Shown piece after piece: positions 9,503 to 17,348 of a DNA stretch of 39,526 nt. The notes under the pieces were generated by a model. That model did no database searches, had not been told where the DNA came from, and saw only the letters and a list, made by a program, of their open reading frames with translations. Source of the stretch: an uncultured Caldisericota bacterium (GTDB taxonomy: Bacteria > Caldisericota > Caldisericia > B22-G15); contig CAZNRO010000002.1 in NCBI GenBank assembly GCA_964575745.1, forward strand, positions 1 through 39,526. The letters are read 5' to 3'. A program made the position numbers and the translations under genes. Each line of letters begins with the position of its first letter. Positions within the stretch are counted from its first letter, which is position 1.

Positions 9503-10558
9503 GTGGCTGAAAAAAAGGATAAAAAAGTTCTTGGTCCATTTTTAAGAAACATCTCTGTATATTTGATTGCTATTTTACTTGCTTTTAGCGTTTTCTCCAT
9601 ACTTGTTGGTCTCATGGGATTTAACATATTCAGAGCCTTAAGAACTCTGACTACTACTTCATTTAAATCCGCCTTTGGTTTTCAAGAGACAATCAAAAAA
9701 ACCATTCCTCTTATATTCACTACATACGCTTTTACTATACCATTTATGATAAAGTTCTTTAATATTGGTGGTTGGGGACAGATGTTAATGGGTGGAACTG
9801 TAGCAACTGTTGTTGGACTCTCTCTTGCTCCATTAAATCTTCCTGCCATAGCATTAATTCCTTTACTTTTAATTTCTGGAATTCTTGCTGGAGGTCTATT
9901 TGCACTTATTGCTGGATACCTCAAAGCAAAATATGATATAAACCCGATAATCTCAACCATCATGCTGAATTTTGTGGCAGCACTCTTTGTAAACTTCATT
10001 GCAACTGCTCCACGCTTTAAAGATCCCCTTGAAGGACATCCTATCACTATACCCCTTCCGAAGTCTGCAACACTCCCATTTATTGGTGGAATACCATCTT
10101 CAATTATATTTGCAATTCTTGCTATTATTTTTGTTTACATTCTTATCAAAAAGACAAGGCTGGGATATGAAATTACTGCTGTAGGTTACAATCTCTTTGC
10201 AGCCCAAACCTATGGAATAAACTTTGCAAAAACTATTATGGTTACATTTCTTATAGGAGGTGCTTTGGCAGGTCTTGGTGGAGCTTTAGAAATTATGACT
10301 ATTCATGGTAAATTAATAGAAGGTTTTGCAAAGACCAGTGGTGCTCAGTATGGTATATTTGGAATTCTTACAAGTCTTATAGTGGCAGGAGATCCCATTG
10401 GGGTTCCTATTGCTGCGTTTCTAATGTCTGTTCTTCTTGTAGGAGCAGATGCTCTTCAAAGGACTATGCAAATTCCGGTTGAACTTGTTTTCCTTTCACA
10501 GGCACTGATTGTTCTGTTTATTGTGGTTATAAGAAAGAAGTTTTCGGTAAGGAGGTAA
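9503..10558 (+). CDS. ABC transporter permease (BMP/CUT2 system)
   Basis: GTG start 5 nt after a GGAGG site and 1 nt after the ATPase stop codon. 351-aa polytopic membrane protein. Confidence 0.75.
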   Translation: MAEKKDKKVLGPFLRNISVYLIAILLAFSVFSILVGLMGFNIFRALRTLTTTSFKSAFGFQETIKKTIPLIFTTYAFTIPFMIKFFNIGGWGQMLMGGTVATVVGLSLAPLNLPAIALIPLLLISGILAGGLFALIAGYLKAKYDINPIISTIMLNFVAALFVNFIATAPRFKDPLEGHPITIPLPKSATLPFIGGIPSSIIFAILAIIFVYILIKKTRLGYEITAVGYNLFAAQTYGINFAKTIMVTFLIGGALAGLGGALEIMTIHGKLIEGFAKTSGAQYGIFGILTSLIVAGDPIGVPIAAFLMSVLLVGADALQRTMQIPVELVFLSQALIVLFIVVIRKKFSVRR

Positions 10559-10561
10559 GAT

Positions 10562-11476
10562 ATGGAGTTTTTAAATAATTTTGTAACCCAGACCATGGTT
10601 TATACAACAGTTTACACTCTTGTTGCTTTAGGGATTGTTATTGCTGGAAGAACAGGAATTTTTAATGTTTCAGGTGAGGGAGTTATGCTTGCCGCTGCAT
10701 CCAGTGGTTTTATAACAGCATACCTAACCGGAAATTGGTTTCTCGGTTTCCTCATGGGAGCACTTATGGGAGCAGCGTTTGGACTTATGCTTGCCTTCAT
10801 ACATGAAACATTTAAGGTAAACCAATTCATTTTAGGTATATCTCTTGTTATTTTAGGAGGAGGACTTTCAGATCTCATATATAAGATAGTTATAGGAGTT
10901 CGTTTATCTGCTCCAGAAGCACCACCTACACCAGTGGTGAGAATTCCAGTTATCTCCAACATTCCAATAATTTCAGGCTTCTTCAATCAGGATGTGATTG
11001 TTTACTTCATGTATGCTGCCACAATTGTGGCATACTGGTTCTTCTATAAAACAAAAATTGGACTTGAAACAAGAGCTATCGGTGAAAATCCAAAAGCAGC
11101 AGATGTTGTGGGTGTTAATGTTGTAAGAAGAAGATACCTTGCCACTATAATAGGTTCAGCATTAATTGGTGTGGCAGGTGCATACCTACCTATAGCAATT
11201 ACAGGGACATACTCTCCAGATATTTCTGCTGGAAGAGGTTTTATGGCTATAGGAATAGCAATTTTTGCCAGCTGGAAACCACAGAGAGCAATTCTTGGTG
11301 GATTTCTCTTTGCTGCCATTGAGGTTATTTCCTATCAACTTCAACTTATCTCAGGAAACATTCCTTACCAGTTCTTCCTTATGCTTCCATTTGTTTCAGT
11401 ACTCATAATCATGATGATATTTAGAAAACAAGTGGAATTCCCTGCTTCAGTTGGAAAGCCATACAGTAGAGAATAA
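10562..11476 (+). CDS. ABC transporter permease (BMP/CUT2 system, second subunit)
   Basis: 304-aa polytopic membrane protein immediately downstream, with an AGGAGG Shine-Dalgarno. Confidence 0.75.
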   Translation: MEFLNNFVTQTMVYTTVYTLVALGIVIAGRTGIFNVSGEGVMLAAASSGFITAYLTGNWFLGFLMGALMGAAFGLMLAFIHETFKVNQFILGISLVILGGGLSDLIYKIVIGVRLSAPEAPPTPVVRIPVISNIPIISGFFNQDVIVYFMYAATIVAYWFFYKTKIGLETRAIGENPKAADVVGVNVVRRRYLATIIGSALIGVAGAYLPIAITGTYSPDISAGRGFMAIGIAIFASWKPQRAILGGFLFAAIEVISYQLQLISGNIPYQFFLMLPFVSVLIIMMIFRKQVEFPASVGKPYSRE

Positions 11477-11478
11477 AA

Positions 11479-12219
11479 GTGAATGTTGAAATAAAATCAG
11501 TTAATAAGGGAAGTTCCAATTTTGCCTTCTCCTGCCTTAAAGAGGAAAAGAACAATCCTTTAAACATAACTTCTGAAGTTTCAAGAGAATACTTTAAAAA
11601 TGAAGTTGGAAAAAGTTTTTCGGGCTATCACCTGTTTATAGATAGTAAAATTTCAGGTCATCTCTACTACTCCATATCCCAAAATTCCATTCTTCCATTT
11701 ACTGCAGAGGATAATGTAATCCTTATTATATGTACATGGATATTAAGAAAATATAGAAATATGGGGCTTGGAAAGAGGTTGTTTGAGAGATTAAAAGAGG
11801 ATAATAAAGATATGAAAGGGATAGTGGTTAGAGCAACTACAAGCCCCATATTCATGTATTATACTCATTTCCAGAGATTTGGATTTAGACCGGTTTATCA
11901 GGATAAGGGATATGTGTATATGTATCTTCCTCTGAAGGCTGAAAAGGTTAAGGTTATTATAAGAAAGGAAAAAAATATAAATAAAGAAGGTATATTTATT
12001 CTAAGGAATAATTTTTGTCCCATGATTCCGTTTAAAGTGAAAGGAATTAAAAAAATTGCTACTGAATTAAGTATTCATTATGAAGAAGTGGAAATTAATC
12101 ACGAAAATATAGAAAAGTATGGGATTGATAATGGTGTATTTATAAATGGAATGAAGTATCCATACAATGTTGGAGATAGAGATTTAATCAAGAAAGTTAT
12201 TAATGAGAATCTTCATTAA
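11479..12219 (+). CDS. GNAT-like acetyltransferase domain fused to a thioredoxin-fold (Thioredoxin_3-like) C-terminal domain
   Basis: GTG start 2 nt after the permease stop codon. The GNAT motif-A-like segment is RKYRNMGLGKRLFERL. The C-terminal 80 aa (FCPM ... ENIEKYGIDNGVFINGMKY) resembles small redox-active-disulfide thioredoxin-like proteins but keeps only one Cys. Start and function are uncertain. Confidence 0.45.
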   Translation: MNVEIKSVNKGSSNFAFSCLKEEKNNPLNITSEVSREYFKNEVGKSFSGYHLFIDSKISGHLYYSISQNSILPFTAEDNVILIICTWILRKYRNMGLGKRLFERLKEDNKDMKGIVVRATTSPIFMYYTHFQRFGFRPVYQDKGYVYMYLPLKAEKVKVIIRKEKNINKEGIFILRNNFCPMIPFKVKGIKKIATELSIHYEEVEINHENIEKYGIDNGVFINGMKYPYNVGDRDLIKKVINENLH

Positions 12220-13088
12220 ATTTCTTTATTAAGATAGGTTTCTATTTTATCCCAAAGTTCAATCATTATATTTTTGGCTTTACTCTCTTCTTCATAGATA
12301 ACCACAGGTTTTCCCATTTTTAAGGATTCAACAACCACTGGATCAAAAGGTATCTCTCCAAGAAATATAGCACCCTCTTCTATAGATTCCTTTTTGATCT
12401 TTTCTGACATATCAGGATTTAGGTCAGATTTATTTATTATAATGAATGGTTTTATTTTAAAGTGGCGGAACAATTCCATTAATCTCTTTAAGTCTGAGAG
12501 TCCAGATTCTGTAGGTTCAGTAACTCCAATTGCATATTTTAATCCAGAGAGAGTGGAATTTACAGGACAACCAATTCCTGGTGGTCCATCTACTATGATG
12601 TAGTCTGCTTTTTCCTTTTCTGCATAGTATCTGGCAACATTTCTTATTATAGCCACAAGTTTTCCAGAATTTTCTTCTCCAACACCTAAGAGACCATGAA
12701 CCATCTTTCCATATGGTGTTTCTGATACGAAATACTCACCAGCTTTATTCTCTCTCATCTCTATTACCTTAACGGGACATTGAGTAAAGCAAACTTCACA
12801 ACCTTCACATAGAGCAGTATCTACAACATAATCTGGTGAGATAGCATCAAATCTACAGACATCTATACAGATTCCACACTCTATACAGGAATCCTTATCT
12901 ATATAAGCCTTTTTCATACCAAAGAAATCTTTTTTGATAAGAATTTCAGGTTTTAAAAGAAGATGTAAATCAGGAGCGTCTACATCGCAATCTGCAATTA
13001 TTTTATTCTTTGCAAGAACCGAGAAAGAAGCAGATACAGTAGTCTTTCCTGTTCCTCCCTTTCCACTTACTATGGCAAGTTCAATCAT
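12216..13088 (-). CDS. MinD/ParA-superfamily P-loop ATPase with inserted 2x[4Fe-4S] ferredoxin domain
   Basis: Deviant Walker A GKGGTGKT. Inserted motifs CIECGICIDVC and CEGCEVCFTQCP. Conserved PPGIGCP. 8-nt overlap with the upstream paralogue. Confidence 0.8.
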   Translation of the reverse strand: MIELAIVSGKGGTGKTTVSASFSVLAKNKIIADCDVDAPDLHLLLKPEILIKKDFFGMKKAYIDKDSCIECGICIDVCRFDAISPDYVVDTALCEGCEVCFTQCPVKVIEMRENKAGEYFVSETPYGKMVHGLLGVGEENSGKLVAIIRNVARYYAEKEKADYIIVDGPPGIGCPVNSTLSGLKYAIGVTEPTESGLSDLKRLMELFRHFKIKPFIIINKSDLNPDMSEKIKKESIEEGAIFLGEIPFDPVVVESLKMGKPVVIYEEESKAKNIMIELWDKIETYLNKEI

Positions 13089-13944
13089 TTATTTCCTCCA
13101 GAATTTGGTTGTATAGGTTTAGAAATGTATCTTCCCACTCTTTGTCAATCTCAGATAAAGTTATTCCTTTTGAATAACTTTCAGCTATCCTTCTTTCAAA
13201 AGGAATTTTTAATAAAACTTTAATATTCTCCTTTTTAAGATATTCGTCAAGTTCGTTAAAGCCTTTCATTTCTTTATTAATAATTACCCCAAATTTCTTG
13301 TTTAAATCTTTAACCACCCCTACTGCAATTTTTAAGTCAAAAAGACCGAAAGGTGTAGGTTCGGTAATGAGTATTATGTAATCTCCACCTTTTGATGCCT
13401 CAACCATTGGGCAGGAAGCTCCTGGAGGTGAATCATATATTAATATTTCTCCATCTCTTGTTTCTTCCAGGGATTTTTTCTTTACAATTCTTATAGCACT
13501 TGTTGTTGTAACTTCTGAGATGTTTAATTTTCCTTCAAAGAATTTTAAATTTTCTCTTTTCCCGTATGTAAGAGTTCCTATTTCTCTTGGAATTTCAAAC
13601 ATCGCTTTTTCAGGACAGTTCAGTACACAGTTACCGCAGCTCTTACAGAGCTCAGGAAAAATTTTAACTTCATTGTTAAAAGATAGTACCACTGCTGCGT
13701 TATAGGCACAAACCTCCTGGCATACACCGCAGAAGTTACATTTATCATAATCCACCTTTGGAAAAGGAAGAGCTATGGGCTCTTTTTTTTGTATTTCAGG
13801 TTTGATAAAAATATACCCATTAGGCTCCTCTACATCAAGGTCTATATAAGTCGTTGGGTATTTTTTAGACAAAGAAAGGGCAAGGGAAGTGGAAATCAGA
13901 GTTTTCCCTGTACCTCCCTTGCCCGATGTAACTGTGATTTTCAT
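13081..13944 (-). CDS. MinD/ParA-superfamily P-loop ATPase with inserted 2x[4Fe-4S] ferredoxin domain
   Basis: Deviant Walker A GKGGTGKT. Inserted motifs CNFCGVCQEVC and CKSCGNCVLNCP. Conserved PPGASCP. 4-nt overlap with the upstream NifX-like gene. Confidence 0.8.
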   Translation of the reverse strand: MKITVTSGKGGTGKTLISTSLALSLSKKYPTTYIDLDVEEPNGYIFIKPEIQKKEPIALPFPKVDYDKCNFCGVCQEVCAYNAAVVLSFNNEVKIFPELCKSCGNCVLNCPEKAMFEIPREIGTLTYGKRENLKFFEGKLNISEVTTTSAIRIVKKKSLEETRDGEILIYDSPPGASCPMVEASKGGDYIILITEPTPFGLFDLKIAVGVVKDLNKKFGVIINKEMKGFNELDEYLKKENIKVLLKIPFERRIAESYSKGITLSEIDKEWEDTFLNLYNQILEEIND

Positions 13945-14417
13945 CTATTATCTTTAATCTCTTTCAGGAGATCCTTTATCTCTTCAATCTCTTTTTTTAG
14001 ATTATCCAATTCATCTTTAAGAGAATGAATTTCATACATAGGTGGAACTGGTGGGGGTCCCATAGGTTCAATTCTTCTTGGAGCTTCGTAGGATGGTTGT
14101 GTTCCGCTTTTTGCCATTTCTACAGCATCCTTTACTGTTGTTCCAGGAGGAACTCTTACCAATTCAATTCCTGCACTGGATAGAATTCCTGCACTGTTGG
14201 GACCAAAATCTCCGCTTACGATTTTTCTTACACCTTTACTGATAATAAACTGAGCTGCTTGAATACCTGCACCCTGTGCTGCCATAGCAAATTGATTTGG
14301 AATCACCTCAAAGTCCATGGTATCAGTTTCAACAATTATATAGTATGCACACCTCCCAAATCTTGGATCAATCTGAGACTCAAGAGTCTCTCCTGTTGAT
14401 GTTACCGCTACTCTCAT
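13941..14417 (-). CDS. NifX/NifB-C-terminal-like (dinitrogenase FeMo-cofactor-binding family) domain protein with Pro-rich linker and C-terminal coiled-coil helix
   Basis: The N-terminal about 105 aa (MRVAVTS...HFGR-like FGRCAYYIIV ... GIQAAQFI ... V) match the small NifX-like fold family. A PPPVPP linker and a heptad helix IHSLKDELDNLKKEIEEIKDLLKEIKDNR follow. Confidence 0.7.
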   Translation of the reverse strand: MRVAVTSTGETLESQIDPRFGRCAYYIIVETDTMDFEVIPNQFAMAAQGAGIQAAQFIISKGVRKIVSGDFGPNSAGILSSAGIELVRVPPGTTVKDAVEMAKSGTQPSYEAPRRIEPMGPPPVPPMYEIHSLKDELDNLKKEIEEIKDLLKEIKDNR

Positions 14418-14420
14418 AGT

Positions 14421-14741
14421 TTATCTCCTTTTTAATTCTTCTATTAGTTTTTTAATTGTATCAAGTTCTCCTTTTAAATTTTGTATTTCATTTCTTATAT
14501 TATCTATGTCAGGTGAATATGTTTCATAATTGGTTGTTGGATAAGAGTATCCATAATAATTGGATGGGTAATATCCACCATATCCATAGCCGTAGTAAGG
14601 ATAATTCCATCTCCAACCTCTGGGTAGACCTGTCCAGGGGCAATAGCCAAGTGTTGCTCCCCATCCAAATCCTCTTCCAAATCCACCAAACCATCTTCCG
14701 AAGCCCCAGCCTCTACCAAATCCTCTTCCGTATCCCCACAT
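14421..14741 (-). CDS. DUF5320-like small protein: acid-free Gly/Tyr/Trp/Phe/Arg-rich N-terminal region plus C-terminal coiled-coil helix
   Basis: AAAGGAGGTG Shine-Dalgarno 7 nt upstream of the ATG, with its own promoter. Composition and the GYCP motif resemble the DUF5320 family as I recall it. Both overlapping ORFs in the track are low-complexity shadows of this gene. Confidence 0.6.
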   Translation of the reverse strand: MWGYGRGFGRGWGFGRWFGGFGRGFGWGATLGYCPWTGLPRGWRWNYPYYGYGYGGYYPSNYYGYSYPTTNYETYSPDIDNIRNEIQNLKGELDTIKKLIEELKRR

Positions 14742-14766
14742 TGTCTTTCACCTCCTTTCTATTATT

Positions 14767-14795
14767 AGTATAAATGAATTGAAAAAGATTGTCAA
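14767..14795 (-). promoter_or_regulatory. Near-consensus promoter of the DUF5320/NifX/MinD operon
   Basis: On the minus strand: TTGACA (14795-14790), a 17-nt spacer, then TATACT (14772-14767). The -35 hexamer contains the oraE TGA stop codon (14792-14794). Confidence 0.6.
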
Positions 14796-16990
14796 TATTT
14801 ATTCCTTTCCAAAAATTTCCTTATTATAAAAGATGCAACCTCAATTCCCTTTGTTCCCCTTCCAAAAGCAGCATCAATTCCACAATCGTCCTTTATTTCA
14901 TCTGATAGTTGGGTTCCTCCTCCAATTATCAATAGTTTATCCCTCACACCCTTCTCTATTGCTATCTGGTTTAATTTTTTAAGGTTAATCCTGTGCACAT
15001 TGCCATGAGTCACTGTGGTTGAAGCAAGAACTACCTTTGCTCCTACTTCAATTGCAGCATCAATAACCTTTTTAGGTGGAACACTTGTTCCAAGATATAT
15101 CACTTTAAATCCCCATTTCTCAATCCCTTCATGCTTTATATCAATTATTTCCTTAAGACCTACATTATGTTCGTCCTCGCCAAGAGTTGCAGCAACACAC
15201 TTTATTCCGCCAAGTTCTTTAACTTTTTCTCTTATAATTTCATCTGAAAGGGGTTTTATTTTTTCTTTTACCTTTATTTCACTTTCCTTTATGAAGAACG
15301 GAACCTCTCCTTTGACCTCTATGTAGCTTCCCTCTGCTGGGTGAAGAACCTGTTCATGTACAACTTCAACATTTTTCAAACCAAGCCTTTTTGCAATCTC
15401 TTCTGCTGCATAAGGTGCTTTTTCAGAGCCAATGGGAATAAACATTGATAAAAGAACAACTCCATCATTCTTCCACTGAACCTCTGGTTTAAAAAGTCCT
15501 TCTTTTTCGTACTTCTCCTGCTCTTTAAGTCTTATGTTTACATTGTCTGTTGGATCAAGTTCATCAATGTAAACTATTTTCTCCCTTTTACAAAGTGTAC
15601 AACCATCTATTAAATCACAGGGTTTTTCAATCCCTTCTGGTAAATTGTTGTATCCAAAGTGATGACAAACTGGAGCAAGGTAATCTTCCTCCCTCTTAAC
15701 AACAGTTTCTGCTTCGTCTCCTTCATCTACTGGCCTTTTTATTCCATCTCCCACTCTTTCTGGATACATACCTGAATCAACAAAAAACCCTTCTTCCAAT
15801 GCTTTGAAGTATCCACCAATCTCAATAATTTCCTCAAGGAAGAGTACAGCTCTTTCAATGAGCTCCCTAACCTTTTTCTTCATGTATCCATTCTCTCTTA
15901 TCTTTAAAACTTTCTTTATTCCATCTGAAGCAATGAGAGTTTGCTTTGCAGTATTTATTGCATTAATGGAGTTGTAATGCCATGGAACGTTTCTTCCCTC
16001 GTCTGGTGTTATAGTGGATTGTACATCTACAGATGTTAACCTTGATATAAGTGTATTTAATGTGTGATTTACAGTTGCCTCCCTTGTATCAGACTCAATG
16101 TATTTTGTGTTCATTTGAGCTCTAAATCTGAAACCCTTAAATACCTTCCTTAAAGCTACAGCATAGGGTATATCCAGTCTTAATGAGGGCCATGGAGGAG
16201 CATCTGGCGGGACTGTGGAGAGAGCTATTAAATCTTTTCTCATCCCAACTTTTAGTGAAAACAAAGAATTTATTGCGTGCTGTACAAAGAGTTCTGGCAT
16301 GACTTTAAAACCATACTTTGCAGTTGCGTTTGCGTTGTGAGCACCGTCAATCTGTAGCATATTTGCGCTTGCCATTATTCTTTTTGCTACAGCAGCATCA
16401 ACAAAAGATCTAACTGGATTTATATTCCTGTAAAGGATATTGTATTGGGGATCCTGATGAGCACCATTAACTCCCTCCTCTGCAAACAAAACTGCAATTT
16501 CTGGACCTGCAATGCCAGAAACATAGGAGTGAAAATTTATGGGCCTTCCGACTTCATCTTCTATTAAATCAAGTGCCTTCCTTGTTGCTCTTATTTGTTT
16601 TCTTGTAATGGGTATCCCTCCCACACCCTCAGGAGTGCCTTCAATAAGTCCATCAAAATGACTCTGACCAAGAGTTCTTATTACCATCATGTGATCTGCA
16701 CCATGCCATGCAGCCATTCTCATTCTTCTTATATCATCCTCAAACCTTCCAGAGGCAATTTCCACTGTTATAATGCAGTCAGGTTGGGGATCTATATAAT
16801 CCATCTGGCGGGAAGCCGGAAGAGGTATACTTTTTTTTAGTGGTTTACTTGTTTCAAAGTATGTATGCATTCCTATCTTTTGCTCTGGAATCTTCTCTCT
16901 CCATGTCCACCCATACCTTCTTGGTGTGTAATTTTCAAGATTCTTTAATATCTCTCTTATATCAATTTTTTTGTCTGGCTTTAGCTTCAT
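14792..16990 (-). CDS. oraE: D-ornithine 4,5-aminomutase large subunit (adenosylcobalamin- and PLP-dependent)
   Basis: 732 aa. The N-terminus (IDIREILKNL..YTPRRYGWTWR) resembles characterised OraE. The C-terminal B12-binding Rossmann domain carries DxHxxG (EDEHNVG). It directly follows an OraS-like gene. A GGAGGA Shine-Dalgarno precedes ATG 16990. Confidence 0.85.
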   Translation of the reverse strand: MKLKPDKKIDIREILKNLENYTPRRYGWTWREKIPEQKIGMHTYFETSKPLKKSIPLPASRQMDYIDPQPDCIITVEIASGRFEDDIRRMRMAAWHGADHMMVIRTLGQSHFDGLIEGTPEGVGGIPITRKQIRATRKALDLIEDEVGRPINFHSYVSGIAGPEIAVLFAEEGVNGAHQDPQYNILYRNINPVRSFVDAAVAKRIMASANMLQIDGAHNANATAKYGFKVMPELFVQHAINSLFSLKVGMRKDLIALSTVPPDAPPWPSLRLDIPYAVALRKVFKGFRFRAQMNTKYIESDTREATVNHTLNTLISRLTSVDVQSTITPDEGRNVPWHYNSINAINTAKQTLIASDGIKKVLKIRENGYMKKKVRELIERAVLFLEEIIEIGGYFKALEEGFFVDSGMYPERVGDGIKRPVDEGDEAETVVKREEDYLAPVCHHFGYNNLPEGIEKPCDLIDGCTLCKREKIVYIDELDPTDNVNIRLKEQEKYEKEGLFKPEVQWKNDGVVLLSMFIPIGSEKAPYAAEEIAKRLGLKNVEVVHEQVLHPAEGSYIEVKGEVPFFIKESEIKVKEKIKPLSDEIIREKVKELGGIKCVAATLGEDEHNVGLKEIIDIKHEGIEKWGFKVIYLGTSVPPKKVIDAAIEVGAKVVLASTTVTHGNVHRINLKKLNQIAIEKGVRDKLLIIGGGTQLSDEIKDDCGIDAAFGRGTKGIEVASFIIRKFLERNKY

Positions 16991-17348
16991 GTTTCCTCCG
17001 ATAATATTTAGTTATCTTATCCCAGCCAATCCCTTCTGATAATTCTTTTCCTGCCTTTAGATAATCCTTTTTACTCATCTCAGAATAAAGAAGAACAACT
17101 CTTCCAGCACCATGTCCAAGAAGATTCTCTTTTACCATCCTTTCAACTATTTTCTTTGCTTCAATGCTTGAAAACCCCATACGAAGTAGAACACTTCTTT
17201 CAATAGATGGAGAAGTGTGTGTTCTTGCAAGCTCAACAAGTGGATCAACAATTTTTTCTGTAAGTTCCCAGAAATACTTTATTAATTCCTCTTCATCCAT
17301 GTTTTTTAAGTGCTCTCTTCTTTTTTCATAATCATCTTTTCTATGCAT
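16962..17348 (-). CDS. oraS: D-ornithine 4,5-aminomutase small subunit
   Basis: 128 aa with the segment IVDPLVELARTHTSPSIERSVLLRMGFSS, characteristic of OraS. 29-nt overlap with oraE. Confidence 0.8.
   Translation of the reverse strand: MHRKDDYEKRREHLKNMDEEELIKYFWELTEKIVDPLVELARTHTSPSIERSVLLRMGFSSIEAKKIVERMVKENLLGHGAGRVVLLYSEMSKKDYLKAGKELSEGIGWDKITKYYRRKHEAKARQKN

Noticed and set aside
13941-14417. I considered whether the NifX-like gene is evidence for nitrogen fixation.
   Set aside because: No nifH/D/K, nifB or nifE/N is present in the window. Small NifX-like domain proteins are widespread in non-diazotrophic anaerobes.
14456-14773. Two overlapping ORFs from the track (14456-14773 plus strand, and 14504-14719 minus strand in another frame) lie across the DUF5320-like gene.
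   Set aside because: They are frame shadows of a low-complexity GGN/TAY/TGG-rich coding region. Only the 14421-14741 frame has a GGAGGTG Shine-Dalgarno, a promoter and a coherent coiled-coil C-terminus. The many other short antisense ORFs in the track (e.g. 3464-3851, 8229-8990, 10612-11319, 26457-27887) were dismissed for the same reason.
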